A stretch of 64,000 nucleotides of DNA from a virus: positions 32,001 through 96,000 of IMG/VR virus record IMGVR_UViG_3300009408_000001. One strand, written 5' to 3'. The notes under the pieces are model-generated. The model ran no database searches and had not been told where the DNA came from. It saw only the letters and a program-made list of their open reading frames with translations. The position numbers were made by a program, and so were the translations under genes. This document shows positions 28,561 to 37,360 of this stretch, piece after piece; positions within the stretch are counted from its first letter, which is position 1, and each line of letters starts with the position of its first letter.

Positions 28561-28836
28561 ATGGAAAAGGGTATTAACGTGGGGTTCGAGAAATTAATCG
28601 AAAGCTTCAGGGCAGAGACAGTCCAACTCGAGGACAAATGGCGTGCAGGAACACTGTACCGGCAACTTAAGTACCGTCGGTTAATGGGTTACTCCCGTCA
28701 CCATCGGTCCATTGTGGATGTGGCTAAAAGGGAAGATGAGTTAGAGGAGGCTCACATCCTGATGCTCGCCGAAAGGACACGCGAATTTCACAAATACCTG
28801 AAGGGGTTCGGATACTACGGTTTGTTTCTAGGATAA
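28561..28836 (+). CDS. 91-aa cassette protein, paralogue 1
   Basis: GGAG RBS; ungapped similarity to the next two genes. Confidence 0.85.
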   Translation: MEKGINVGFEKLIESFRAETVQLEDKWRAGTLYRQLKYRRLMGYSRHHRSIVDVAKREDELEEAHILMLAERTREFHKYLKGFGYYGLFLG

Positions 28837-28848
28837 ACCAACATAAGC

Positions 28849-28880
28849 AGGAGGCCCTTAACGGGGCCTCTTTCTTTTTG
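28849..28880 (+). terminator. cassette-type terminator
   Basis: GAGGCCC-TTAACG-GGGCCTC-T tract. Confidence 0.85.
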
Positions 28881-28906
28881 CCGTTTCAGCCATTATTAAA
28901 AACCAT

Positions 28907-28938
28907 ATTACCTTACTGATAACACATCCGTGTTATTT
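28907..28938 (+). promoter_or_regulatory. putative early promoter plus leader hairpin (cassette C)
   Basis: ATTAC CTTAC TGATAACACATCCGTGTTAT. Confidence 0.75.
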
Positions 28939-28962
28939 AACCAATTTGGAGATACAAAGATT

Positions 28963-29238
28963 ATGGAAACAATTACCGATGAGATGTTCCAGAAATTAAT
29001 AGAAAAATTCAGAGTAGTGACAGTCCAGATCGAGGAGACATACCGTGCAAACGCACTTGTACGGCAACGTAAGTGCCGTCGGATAGTTGGCAATCCAAGT
29101 ACTCCGCGTCTCGAGGAGGAGTTGGTTAAAATGGAAGATAGGGCATGTGAGAGACACATCACGTTACTAGCAGAAAGGACACGCAGGTTTCAAGACCACC
29201 TGAAGCGGCTCGGATACCGTGGGGTGTTTCTAGGATAG
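28963..29238 (+). CDS. 91-aa cassette protein, paralogue 2
   Basis: GGAG RBS before ATG 28963. Confidence 0.85.
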   Translation: METITDEMFQKLIEKFRVVTVQIEETYRANALVRQRKCRRIVGNPSTPRLEEELVKMEDRACERHITLLAERTRRFQDHLKRLGYRGVFLG

Positions 29239-29249
29239 GCAACATAAGC

Positions 29250-29282
29250 AGGAGGCCCTTAACGGGGCCTCTTGTTTCTTTG
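29250..29282 (+). terminator. cassette-type terminator
   Basis: Identical hairpin to 28849. Confidence 0.85.
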
Positions 29283-29315
29283 CCGTTAATGGAATCAAGG
29301 ATTCTGAAATACCAC

Positions 29316-29347
29316 ATTACCTTACTGATAACACGTCCGTGTTATTT
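29316..29347 (+). promoter_or_regulatory. putative early promoter plus leader hairpin (cassette D)
   Basis: ATTAC CTTAC TGATAACACGTCCGTGTTAT. Confidence 0.75.
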
Positions 29348-29371
29348 AATCCATTTGGAGATACAAAGACT

Positions 29372-29647
29372 ATGGCAAAAATTACCGATGAGATGTTCCA
29401 GAAATTAATCGAAGAGCACCGGGAACTAACCACACAGCTCGAGAAAGCCTACCACACTGGTGTGGCAAAACGTAAGAACGAGGCCAACCTGGCCTTTGGT
29501 GACGCAATTAGCCCTCGTTTCGAGGAAAAAATGGCTAAACTTGAGGCGAAGATCCAAGAGGAGCACATCCTGTTCCTCGCCGAAAAGACACTCGAATTTA
29601 ACAAAGTACTTAAGAAGTACGGCTACACGGGGGTGTTTCTAAGATAG
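29372..29647 (+). CDS. 91-aa cassette protein, paralogue 3
   Basis: GGAG RBS before ATG 29372. Confidence 0.85.
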   Translation: MAKITDEMFQKLIEEHRELTTQLEKAYHTGVAKRKNEANLAFGDAISPRFEEKMAKLEAKIQEEHILFLAEKTLEFNKVLKKYGYTGVFLR

Positions 29648-29661
29648 TAAGTAACATAAGC

Positions 29662-29694
29662 AGGAGGCCCTTAACGGGGCCTCTTTCTTTTTTT
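29662..29694 (+). terminator. cassette-type terminator
   Basis: Identical hairpin to 28849. Confidence 0.85.
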
Positions 29695-29737
29695 GCCGTA
29701 TTTACTAAAACTGGTTTCAATGATCCTGAAACATTAG

Positions 29738-29753
29738 ATTACCTTAGCGAGCA
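29738..29753 (+). promoter_or_regulatory. putative early promoter of the Csx16-like gene
   Basis: ATTAC CTTAG CGAGCA. Confidence 0.6.
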
Positions 29754-29846
29754 TAGACAATATTGTTTAGATCTATCATGGTACACAACCGTTAAGCGCA
29801 ACGGTTGTTTACCCGGGCAATATCGCCCAACCCTTAGGAGATTGAC

Positions 29847-30137
29847 ATGTTTAAAACTTACTTCATCTCGCGCCATGCCGGTGCACAGGACTGGGCCTTG
29901 GCCCAGGGTATTGAGGCCGAAATGGTCTCACACTTCGACCCATCTGTCGTTAAAGATGGTGACATTGTGATGGGCACATTGCCCGTCCAAATGGTGGCGG
30001 CTGTAGTCGCTTCCGGTGCTCGGTACTTGCACCTCACCATGTCCATCCCAGCAGAAATGCGTGGAAAAGAAATCAGTTCTTCCATGATGAACGAAATGGG
30101 GGCATCTCTGCAAGAGTTTACTGTTAAGGCCATTTAG
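29847..30137 (+). CDS. csx16: Csx16-family (VVA1548-like) protein, putative cyclic oligoadenylate ring nuclease
   Basis: TYFISRHAGAQDW, GDIVMGTLPV, GARYLHL...P.EMRGKEIS, GASLQEF match the remembered Csx16 consensus over the full 96 aa; AGGAG RBS. Confidence 0.88.
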   Translation: MFKTYFISRHAGAQDWALAQGIEAEMVSHFDPSVVKDGDIVMGTLPVQMVAAVVASGARYLHLTMSIPAEMRGKEISSSMMNEMGASLQEFTVKAI

Positions 30138-30145
30138 GTCTTAGC

Positions 30146-30185
30146 AGTTCCCAGTGCGCGCTTGCGCTGGGGCTCTTTCTTTTTT
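30146..30185 (+). terminator. intrinsic terminator
   Basis: GC-rich stem AGTTCCCAGTGC...GCGCTGGGGCT followed by a T tract. Confidence 0.7.
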
Positions 30186-30211
30186 GTATCTCCGCAGGTA
30201 TTCAGAACCAT

Positions 30212-30227
30212 ATTACATAAGTGAGCA
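30212..30227 (+). promoter_or_regulatory. putative early promoter
   Basis: CATATTAC ATAAG TGAGCA. Confidence 0.6.
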
Positions 30228-30267
30228 TGAGCAATTGACTTATGTATTAATTATAACGGAGTACAAC

Positions 30268-30501
30268 ATGTTGTATGTACAAAGACTGTGGGCGATATGT
30301 GTGATTGTCCACTCCCAGAAGACCCTGAGACAGGACTTCACGAAAACGACCTGGTTCTCCATAGCCAGTGGTTCAATCAAGGGCCCCAGAGGCATTGCCC
30401 TGTTCAGCACCTTCCCTGTAGTATCGGGGATCTTTGTATCGTTCATGGTAGTTTGGGCTATCCTGCGTCCCATCTTTAAACGAATAGGTAAGAAAATATG
30501 A
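30268..30501 (+). CDS. small membrane protein, hypothetical
   Basis: GGAG RBS before ATG 30268; C-terminal hydrophobic helix. Confidence 0.6.
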   Translation: MLYVQRLWAICVIVHSQKTLRQDFTKTTWFSIASGSIKGPRGIALFSTFPVVSGIFVSFMVVWAILRPIFKRIGKKI

Positions 30502-30782
30502 AAGACGTATATCTAGTAATCGTAACATTGGTCTTGTTGGGTATTGCTCAGTTCGCACAGGCGAACAACGTAATTGTAGTTGCAGTACAATGTTCGTCCA
30601 ACGTGGTGGTCATTTCCATCAATGATAAGAAACAAACCACGGCGGTAACCATACCGTACAACCACCCTAACTACAGGGCAATACAAATGCGGGTGGATTC
30701 TCTTGCCGTGTGGGCAAATGGGAGCCGTGCTGTTGAACTGTGTCGGGTCTTCTCTGGAATGGGAGCACCTGGTGGTGTTTAA
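30498..30782 (+). CDS. small exported/signal-peptide protein, hypothetical
   Basis: ATGA overlap; N-terminal hydrophobic segment ending AQA. Confidence 0.6.
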   Translation: MKDVYLVIVTLVLLGIAQFAQANNVIVVAVQCSSNVVVISINDKKQTTAVTIPYNHPNYRAIQMRVDSLAVWANGSRAVELCRVFSGMGAPGGV

Positions 30783-30909
30783 GTGGTTACTGAGTTCGAT
30801 TGCCACACTGATGCTCTTAACCATACTAGGGTTATATTTCATTGTACCACACATGGTACCTACCGAGGTATATTACATGCAACCGGGAGCAATCGAACTC
30901 GACAAATAA
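30772..30909 (+). CDS. small membrane protein, hypothetical
   Basis: GGAG RBS before GTG; hydrophobic helix; ends at a terminator. Confidence 0.4.
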   Translation: MVFKWLLSSIATLMLLTILGLYFIVPHMVPTEVYYMQPGAIELDK

Positions 30910-30911
30910 CA

Positions 30912-30948
30912 GCATAAATCCTCCCCAGTATGGGGAGGGTTTCTATGC
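30912..30948. terminator. bidirectional terminator flanked by GCATA/TATGC
   Basis: TCCTCCCC-AGTAT-GGGGAGGG between convergent genes. Confidence 0.8.
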
Positions 30949-31545
30949 ACCGAGGGCAACCAATGCTTCTTCCAGTAAAGCTATCTTTTTTTCCAATGTT
31001 CCGATGGTGTTGTTCAGGTGACTTACTGTGGCGTGGGCGGATGTCCTGTCTCGGATCGCAATAGACCTAGCTCGTTCCAATTCTAGTATGGACGATGCAG
31101 GAATTGGATAGGAGGTAGGGTACCTGTGTTCGGTTATGTGAGGCTTAACCCCAATTACATCTGAGCACAGGTCAGCTATGGCACCCTTCACTGACTTTAG
31201 GGGTAGGGCGTCCGAAACGTACCCCAGTGAAACTGAGAGGTATATTTCATTGTACCCACTGCCACCGCCTGTTGGAACACCGGTAAGGAAGGCATCCGGT
31301 AGGATAGCGCTAGCACCACCACCCGCAGGTGTCAAGGTGACCATACTTACACCCGCTTGCAGGTGTAACTGGTACGTTGCCTCGGTGATTCCTTTTGGGG
31401 CATAGTACGCTACGTATACGTTGGTACCCCGACTTGTCAGTTCACCAATCGTTTCAATCGCGGTACAGGTGTAGGTTACCCCGTTACCAACCACAAAGGG
31501 TGGGGATGCCGTGTAAATCCCCGTTGCGTTAATTAGGGGTACCAT
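30943..31545 (-). CDS. phiKZ-like conserved protein (likely virion)
   Basis: ORF coupled to the upstream gene; resemblance from memory. Confidence 0.55.
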   Translation of the reverse strand: MVPLINATGIYTASPPFVVGNGVTYTCTAIETIGELTSRGTNVYVAYYAPKGITEATYQLHLQAGVSMVTLTPAGGGASAILPDAFLTGVPTGGGSGYNEIYLSVSLGYVSDALPLKSVKGAIADLCSDVIGVKPHITEHRYPTSYPIPASSILELERARSIAIRDRTSAHATVSHLNNTIGTLEKKIALLEEALVALGA

Positions 31546-31548
31546 TGG

Positions 31549-32823
31549 TTATGCTCCTGTGTAGCTCTGTAAAGTCATTACACGGTGATTAACACCGTCT
31601 ACAATGTAAGTAATGTAAACCAACCCGAATTCTTCCAGTCGTTGGAACCCGGTTGGCAACTCTCCACCTCCGTTGTCTTTCTCGGCAATGCGAATGGCCT
31701 GTTCAATCGAAGCAATTGCGTTCCGAGTCTTGGAGGTAAGTAGACCGTTGTTTGATTCGTTCAACGGTATAATCGCGTAATCCGGGTATAGGTCTGAGAA
31801 GGACTTAGAGCTTCCAGGCCCATCGGGGAAAGCAACGAACCCAAGTGCTTTGAAATGGGTGGTTGCCCATCGTGCATTATCAAGTAGGTTAGCATCAACA
31901 CCAGACGGAAATCGCTTGGCCAATGCCGATGCCATACTGGATGGTGACATTACAGAGGAATAAGCATAGTGTGTAGCAACACTTGACGCGATCGCAATTG
32001 CATCCCATACTGGTACCAGAGTTAGTGTTGCGTTAACAATAATGTCGGGTACACGTTCTTGCCAGTACTCTGGACTTCTGCCAGTTGTGGAGAGTAGGAA
32101 ATCCCGAATGGCTACCATCTGGTTTTCACGTACAGCCGCTTGTCTGCCGTATTCCAACAGTACCCAGGTTAGGACCAGACTTTCCCCTGTGACGGTATCA
32201 TACCAGTTAAGCTTAATCGTTGACTGTGCAGTGGGTGGAGATGAACCCTTAGCCACCGAAATGCTTTCTAACATCGTGGTGATGTCTTGCTTAGCCAATG
32301 CGGTTTTAAGGTACGTCGCCCCCTGTGCCAGATCCATCACATTCGGAACGGGGGGTATTACCCGTAATTCATGTTCATCGTATTCTGTTTGGAGTGCTTG
32401 GTCTGACAACCACACCCGGATATCGACACTGATGCCTTCACTTTCCATCGTCCACGAAATCCAGGACGGTAAGGTTGTGTCAGCCGTGGTTACGGCAGGA
32501 CCGGTGTTTGGGTTGTAAAGATCCGCATTGCGACTGCCGAGTTGCGCCGTAAAAGAAATGTCGGGCTGCGCAGTTGTAACAAAGTCGTTCAGGATTCGAA
32601 GGGTAGCGGCTTCTATCGCTGCTGTAACAGGCTCATCGTATTTCTCGGTCTTTGATGAAAACACAACCAAAGATACTGCTGGATACCTGGGGTCAGCCAA
32701 ATTCGTCTTTGTTGTACTGTAAGTACGACTGTGGATGGAAAGTTCTCCGAGGGGGGATGTGTTTCCTACCTCACCGTCCAGTAAATCGTTGATTATGCAA
32801 AACGCCTTTAATGTATAACTCAC
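31549..32823 (-). CDS. phiKZ-like virion structural protein
   Basis: 424-aa ORF with SPLGELS motif; AGGAG RBS; resemblance from memory. Confidence 0.6.
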   Translation of the reverse strand: MSYTLKAFCIINDLLDGEVGNTSPLGELSIHSRTYSTTKTNLADPRYPAVSLVVFSSKTEKYDEPVTAAIEAATLRILNDFVTTAQPDISFTAQLGSRNADLYNPNTGPAVTTADTTLPSWISWTMESEGISVDIRVWLSDQALQTEYDEHELRVIPPVPNVMDLAQGATYLKTALAKQDITTMLESISVAKGSSPPTAQSTIKLNWYDTVTGESLVLTWVLLEYGRQAAVRENQMVAIRDFLLSTTGRSPEYWQERVPDIIVNATLTLVPVWDAIAIASSVATHYAYSSVMSPSSMASALAKRFPSGVDANLLDNARWATTHFKALGFVAFPDGPGSSKSFSDLYPDYAIIPLNESNNGLLTSKTRNAIASIEQAIRIAEKDNGGGELPTGFQRLEEFGLVYITYIVDGVNHRVMTLQSYTGA

Positions 32824-32920
32824 AGCCGTGGCTCCTATTTATGTATAGAATCTTCTTAATTTTAGCATTCGCTGCTAATCTTCTGTACCCAACATTACCC
32901 TTTATTATGGAGATAGTATC

Positions 32921-33337
32921 ATGTCCAATCATCCTGGCATCAATTATGTAATGAACCGAGAGTTCACAGTGAGCCTTGGTTCATTACTCGGGTTCCTACT
33001 CGTTGCGATCATTGGCTTCATTACTGTCTCCATGGTATTTGGTACTGAACGTGCAGAAGCAACCTCAAAGACACAGATTGAATTACCCACAGTACCCACC
33101 GCTAAAGTGACCGCTGACTTATCCTTAATGGCCATCTTTAACGACTATAACGATCAACTCACCACGATCCACCACGGAGATACACACAATGAAGTTCCTG
33201 CTAACTCTATTGGCAGTGCTGCTAGTAACAGCATGTACGGTTACCCTACCGCCAGTTGCACCGACACCCCCGGTCAAACCACAGCGAGTGGAAGTCACGG
33301 TACTGGTGAAGAACCCAATCCCAGTTGTACAACCTAA
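32921..33337 (+). CDS. putative i-spanin (Rz-like)
   Basis: Single N-terminal TM helix; 3' half overlapped by a lipoprotein gene in another frame. Confidence 0.6.
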   Translation: MSNHPGINYVMNREFTVSLGSLLGFLLVAIIGFITVSMVFGTERAEATSKTQIELPTVPTAKVTADLSLMAIFNDYNDQLTTIHHGDTHNEVPANSIGSAASNSMYGYPTASCTDTPGQTTASGSHGTGEEPNPSCTT

Positions 33338-33611
33338 ACCCAGAGTTCGCACGGTATACAAAGAAAGGGTAGTGTATCGCGATAAGAAAGCTAAAGGGTG
33401 TACATTGTCCTCGGATGACCTGCGGATCATTGGCAGGATCAAGAGCTGGCAGAAGGGTAAGCCAGTCGGACAAACTCAAAAATTAGGGTGGGTGAATAAC
33501 CCACGGGACGCCATCATCTACTTCAAAAGACGAGCACTGTACTCAGAGAAGTTCGTTACAACCTACATGCGGGATGTCGAGGAGGCTATCAAACGTGTTA
33601 AGTGCCATTGA
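33189..33611 (+). CDS. putative o-spanin lipoprotein (Rz1-like)
   Basis: Signal peptide with lipobox LVTA-C followed by a Pro-rich stretch; GGAG RBS. Confidence 0.7.
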   Translation: MKFLLTLLAVLLVTACTVTLPPVAPTPPVKPQRVEVTVLVKNPIPVVQPKPRVRTVYKERVVYRDKKAKGCTLSSDDLRIIGRIKSWQKGKPVGQTQKLGWVNNPRDAIIYFKRRALYSEKFVTTYMRDVEEAIKRVKCH

Positions 33612-34989
33612 GATTCCGGAGAATCGAGTAAAACACTGTGACATCTACACAGACGGCGGAGCGAGACCATCCCGAGGTAAAGGCGGATGGGGATACTGGG
33701 GGCACGATGAGAACGGTACCACCTATTCTGGGTTGGGCTATGTCGGCGACATGGTTACGAATAACCGAGCAGAGCTGACAGGCTTTATACGTGCAATGGA
33801 AACCGCGTTGCACTTACGGTGGCAGAGCTTACACATCTACTCTGACTCGCAGTACGTCCTAAAAGGCTCTAAGTCATTCATCAAGGGGTGGTTACGAAAC
33901 GGTTGGGTAAACGCTAAGGGGGAACCTGTATCTAACAAGGATTTATGGTTAGAGATCATTGCCCTTAAGAAGAAGCTCAAAGAAGAAGGAATCAAGTTTA
34001 AGACCAGTAAGGTCAAAGCACACAGTGGGGTATACGGGAATGAGATGGCAGATGCAAATGCCACTCGTGCGATTGAACGGGGTTCACAGGGTGAGACAGG
34101 TGAGACACTGGACATTGTCTTTAAGGAAGACGAGGTTAGGAAGTTAAAACCGTGTGACTGTAACAAGTTGATCTACGGTAAGACCATCCTCTATACCACC
34201 CGTGTTTCAAACGTACTTGAAGACGGTAGGACCTCTTACCTGTTAAACAGTTTCTCAGGGAAGTTTGAAGAAGGTGTAAGAACCGGACTCTTGGCAGCTG
34301 AGTCAGTGTATGGGTGTGTGTTAACTAAAACACCAGTGACCGCATTAGATGTACTCCGTGACAGACAGGACATTGTAACACCTTCGGACTTTGTTCACCC
34401 TGCGTCGATCTTGTTAGCGAACGTTGTAAAGCCAGCAGTATGGGATGACCTAAAAGAGAACGGTACTCTTCACATTGTAGCACGTAGGCTTAACCTGACG
34501 ACCGCAGATGACATTATGTTAACCTACTTCCACAAACCTGCACGACATGCAATGCGAGGACGACAGTACGCAACGGTTGTTAAAGCACGACTATTGGACT
34601 TATCCAGTGGCAACAACGGTAACATGACTCGGATTGACATAACCGATGAGATATTTAAACCAGTACCATCTGTTCCAGAAACCAATGGAAAGAAGAGTAA
34701 GAAGAAAGTAAAGAAACCCGTACGAGCGCTTGTTCCTTCCGTACGAAAACAAAACCACTGCAAGGTGAACGTACCACATGGCAAGTTAACCATACCAGTC
34801 GTATTAACATGGGGACACGATATCCCTCCTGTAAACAACTTGTCTGCGTTAGGCAAGACTAATCCCGAACTCAAAGTTGAGGTTATCAAGTATGAAGAAG
34901 GAAAGGACAGTTTCAGATACGCGATCTACATCGAAACAAATGATTCAACAGCACTGTACGCCGCAGCATCTAACCTAAGGGTAGCATAG
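33574..34989 (+). CDS. rnhA: ribonuclease HI with long C-terminal extension (phiKZ gp155-like)
   Basis: IYTDGG, TNNRAEL, IYSDSQYV, KVKAHSG..GNEMAD: all four acidic catalytic residues present. Confidence 0.92.
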   Translation: MSRRLSNVLSAIEIPENRVKHCDIYTDGGARPSRGKGGWGYWGHDENGTTYSGLGYVGDMVTNNRAELTGFIRAMETALHLRWQSLHIYSDSQYVLKGSKSFIKGWLRNGWVNAKGEPVSNKDLWLEIIALKKKLKEEGIKFKTSKVKAHSGVYGNEMADANATRAIERGSQGETGETLDIVFKEDEVRKLKPCDCNKLIYGKTILYTTRVSNVLEDGRTSYLLNSFSGKFEEGVRTGLLAAESVYGCVLTKTPVTALDVLRDRQDIVTPSDFVHPASILLANVVKPAVWDDLKENGTLHIVARRLNLTTADDIMLTYFHKPARHAMRGRQYATVVKARLLDLSSGNNGNMTRIDITDEIFKPVPSVPETNGKKSKKKVKKPVRALVPSVRKQNHCKVNVPHGKLTIPVVLTWGHDIPPVNNLSALGKTNPELKVEVIKYEEGKDSFRYAIYIETNDSTALYAAASNLRVA

Positions 34990-35033
34990 CTACCCGTGCC
35001 CACCGAGCCATTAGGTTCGGTGGGTAGGTATGC
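34990..35033. terminator. bidirectional terminator
   Basis: CCCACCGA...TCGGTGGG between convergent genes. Confidence 0.7.
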
Positions 35034-35038
35034 TGTAC

Positions 35039-35866
35039 TTATACTACATCGTGTAATTTTTTTTGTGCTAGGTCGTACGTGCCCTGTAGTACGGTGACGC
35101 TGTAAACCAGGGCGGATAACATTTCGGTTTCTTCTGCTGCTGCTGTCACTGCCATTGCTAACTTGTTGATGGCTTGTCGGTTCGTTGGAACAACTGACCT
35201 ATCCTTACTGGCTTGCTCTACGAACAGACGTAACATCCTAGATAGATCCTCTTCACCCCGTAGGATCTTTGGAATAGAGATAGCATTTACTTTCTTCTCT
35301 ACCTTGGAGATGACGTCTGCGGTTTTGAGGAAATCGGTTCCAGTGGCGTACGCTTCTGAGAAGGGGACGTTGCCACTACCTGACGAACGAGCACCCTTTC
35401 TTTCAAAGTGTTTTGCCAGGCGTTTCTTATCCTTCTTAACGTCTCGCATTACCAGGTCTTTATCTGTCCAGATTTTAGGAATCTGGTCCGGGTCACCCAT
35501 AACTGCCTTAAGGTACATCTCTAAGGGTTTATACAGTCGAGAATAAATGTCACTATAGTCCTCAACCATGTCTTCCAGAGTGCGGGCGTATGGGAGTACC
35601 ATTGAGCGTAAACCAGTGGGCGCGGCAATCACGATCTCTTCCAGACCAAGGTCATCTACCTTTGGAAGACGTTTACGCAGGTACGATGACACTACGATTG
35701 TGTCGGAAAGGGGAGATAAGGTTTTAGCTGCGTCAGCAAACGCACTGGTAATCTTAACAGTGTATTTGTCCATGAAGCCTACAATGTCGGCGAAACCTTC
35801 CATGGCTACTAGGTCTGGGTAGTCTGCTGGCAGTAACCCACTTGAAAACTCTGCATTAGAGGACAT
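35039..35866 (-). CDS. putative internal head/virion protein
   Basis: N-terminal VAME-G resembles the (S/A/G)xE prohead-protease sites of phiKZ-like head proteins; start moved to ATG 35866. Confidence 0.55.
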   Translation of the reverse strand: MSSNAEFSSGLLPADYPDLVAMEGFADIVGFMDKYTVKITSAFADAAKTLSPLSDTIVVSSYLRKRLPKVDDLGLEEIVIAAPTGLRSMVLPYARTLEDMVEDYSDIYSRLYKPLEMYLKAVMGDPDQIPKIWTDKDLVMRDVKKDKKRLAKHFERKGARSSGSGNVPFSEAYATGTDFLKTADVISKVEKKVNAISIPKILRGEEDLSRMLRLFVEQASKDRSVVPTNRQAINKLAMAVTAAAEETEMLSALVYSVTVLQGTYDLAQKKLHDVV

Positions 35867-35955
35867 GATGTTTCTTCCCTTATTTTGAAAGGACAGCATT
35901 AATAGAATGTACGGAGATTGCTCTCCACCCTGATATACAATACTAAGGAAGCGAC

Positions 35956-37359
35956 ATGCTGAACATGCCACGTGCAAAACGAATAATCCCCAGGTACAAC
36001 ATGGGGTGTACACTGGATATACCAACGGGTTCCTTTGTAAAGGGTCGTCATGGTAATGCTATTTTGAATGGTGGACTTGTACCCGTTAGCGGAATCGTGG
36101 GTCCAGGTAACGTAGGTAAGTCAGAACTGGTTAACTTGTACATGACTACCTTACTGGGTCGGTACGAGAACAGCTTTGGTCACACGTACGATACTGAAGT
36201 ATCCATGCAGTATGAACGACTGGAACGAAGTCTGAGTAAGTACCCTGCCTTCGATGACGTCATTCTGGATGAAGAGAATGATCGGTACCTAATGGTAACT
36301 TCTGACCAACTGTGGGGCGATGAATGGTTCCAGCTCTATAAAGACAAGCTTAAAGAACGCAGTGTGGCTAAATATCCACTTAGAGAAAGTCCGTTCATGG
36401 ACATGTTGGGAAAACCCATCCTGGTTAAAGACCCTTTCTTTTCGGTGATCGATAGTCTGACACAGTTCCAGATAAAGAAACTCGTTGTAGATGGTATTGA
36501 GTCCAAAGCACTAGGTGACAGTAAGAATAACATGTTCTTTGCCCACGACGGTAAAGAGAAGACGTTGCTCATCACACAAACCCCTAACCTAACCGCCAAA
36601 GCGGGTGCCTCACTCATGACAGTCGCTCACGTCGGGGTTAAGATGGAAATTGATACATACGCTGCGCCTCCACCTAAACTCACTCACAGTGGTCGTGGTA
36701 GAAGCACAAAGGGCGTTCCTGAAAAGTATCAGTCCATCAACGGACATGTGATTGAGATCTTAGGCACTGGGATCCTTAACAACAGCAGTAAGGACAAATC
36801 TTGCAGGTACCCGTTACACACGCGTGACCGTGTAGAAGGTGCTGTTGATTTACTCCTGATGCGGGGGGTGTCTACCCGTAATAAGTACGGTCCCTCAGGT
36901 GTAACTTACAACTTTGTTATCTCTCAGTCCGAGGGTATTGACCCCTTGCTTACCGAGTTCCATCACAACAAGATGTATAATACAAACGGCATCGGTTTTG
37001 GAATGCACGGAAACACACAGAACTACGCGCTTGACTTGCTTCCAGAATGTAAGCTTTCTAGAACGGTTATCCGCAAAAAGTTAGCAGAGGTTCCAGAACT
37101 GGGCGTTGCAAATGGCCTTACATGTGACTTACTACAGATGCAGCAACTGTGGGGACCTGACAAGTTAGACCCCGCTATTAACTGTACTCCCCAGGAGTTA
37201 TATGACGACATTAAGAAACTAGGATACGACTGGTCGGAACTTCTTAAAACCAGACGACACTGGGTATACCCAGAGTTTGAAGATAAAGAACTCCCTCAGC
37301 TTACCATCATGGACCTGCTGTTAATGCGGGCTGGCGAATACAAACCATACTGGATGTAA
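35956..37359 (+). CDS. uvsX: RecA/UvsX-like recombinase (phiKZ gp152-like)
   Basis: Walker A GPGNVGKS, YDTE, Walker B-like VIDSLT; synteny with RNase H and the vRNAP fragment. Confidence 0.85.
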   Translation: MLNMPRAKRIIPRYNMGCTLDIPTGSFVKGRHGNAILNGGLVPVSGIVGPGNVGKSELVNLYMTTLLGRYENSFGHTYDTEVSMQYERLERSLSKYPAFDDVILDEENDRYLMVTSDQLWGDEWFQLYKDKLKERSVAKYPLRESPFMDMLGKPILVKDPFFSVIDSLTQFQIKKLVVDGIESKALGDSKNNMFFAHDGKEKTLLITQTPNLTAKAGASLMTVAHVGVKMEIDTYAAPPPKLTHSGRGRSTKGVPEKYQSINGHVIEILGTGILNNSSKDKSCRYPLHTRDRVEGAVDLLLMRGVSTRNKYGPSGVTYNFVISQSEGIDPLLTEFHHNKMYNTNGIGFGMHGNTQNYALDLLPECKLSRTVIRKKLAEVPELGVANGLTCDLLQMQQLWGPDKLDPAINCTPQELYDDIKKLGYDWSELLKTRRHWVYPEFEDKELPQLTIMDLLLMRAGEYKPYWM

Positions 37360-37360
37360 A

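Noticed and set aside
28500-29700. CRISPR-array interpretation of the repeats near csx16
   Set aside because: The period is about 400 bp and the intervening sequences are complete paralogous genes, not 30-40-nt spacers
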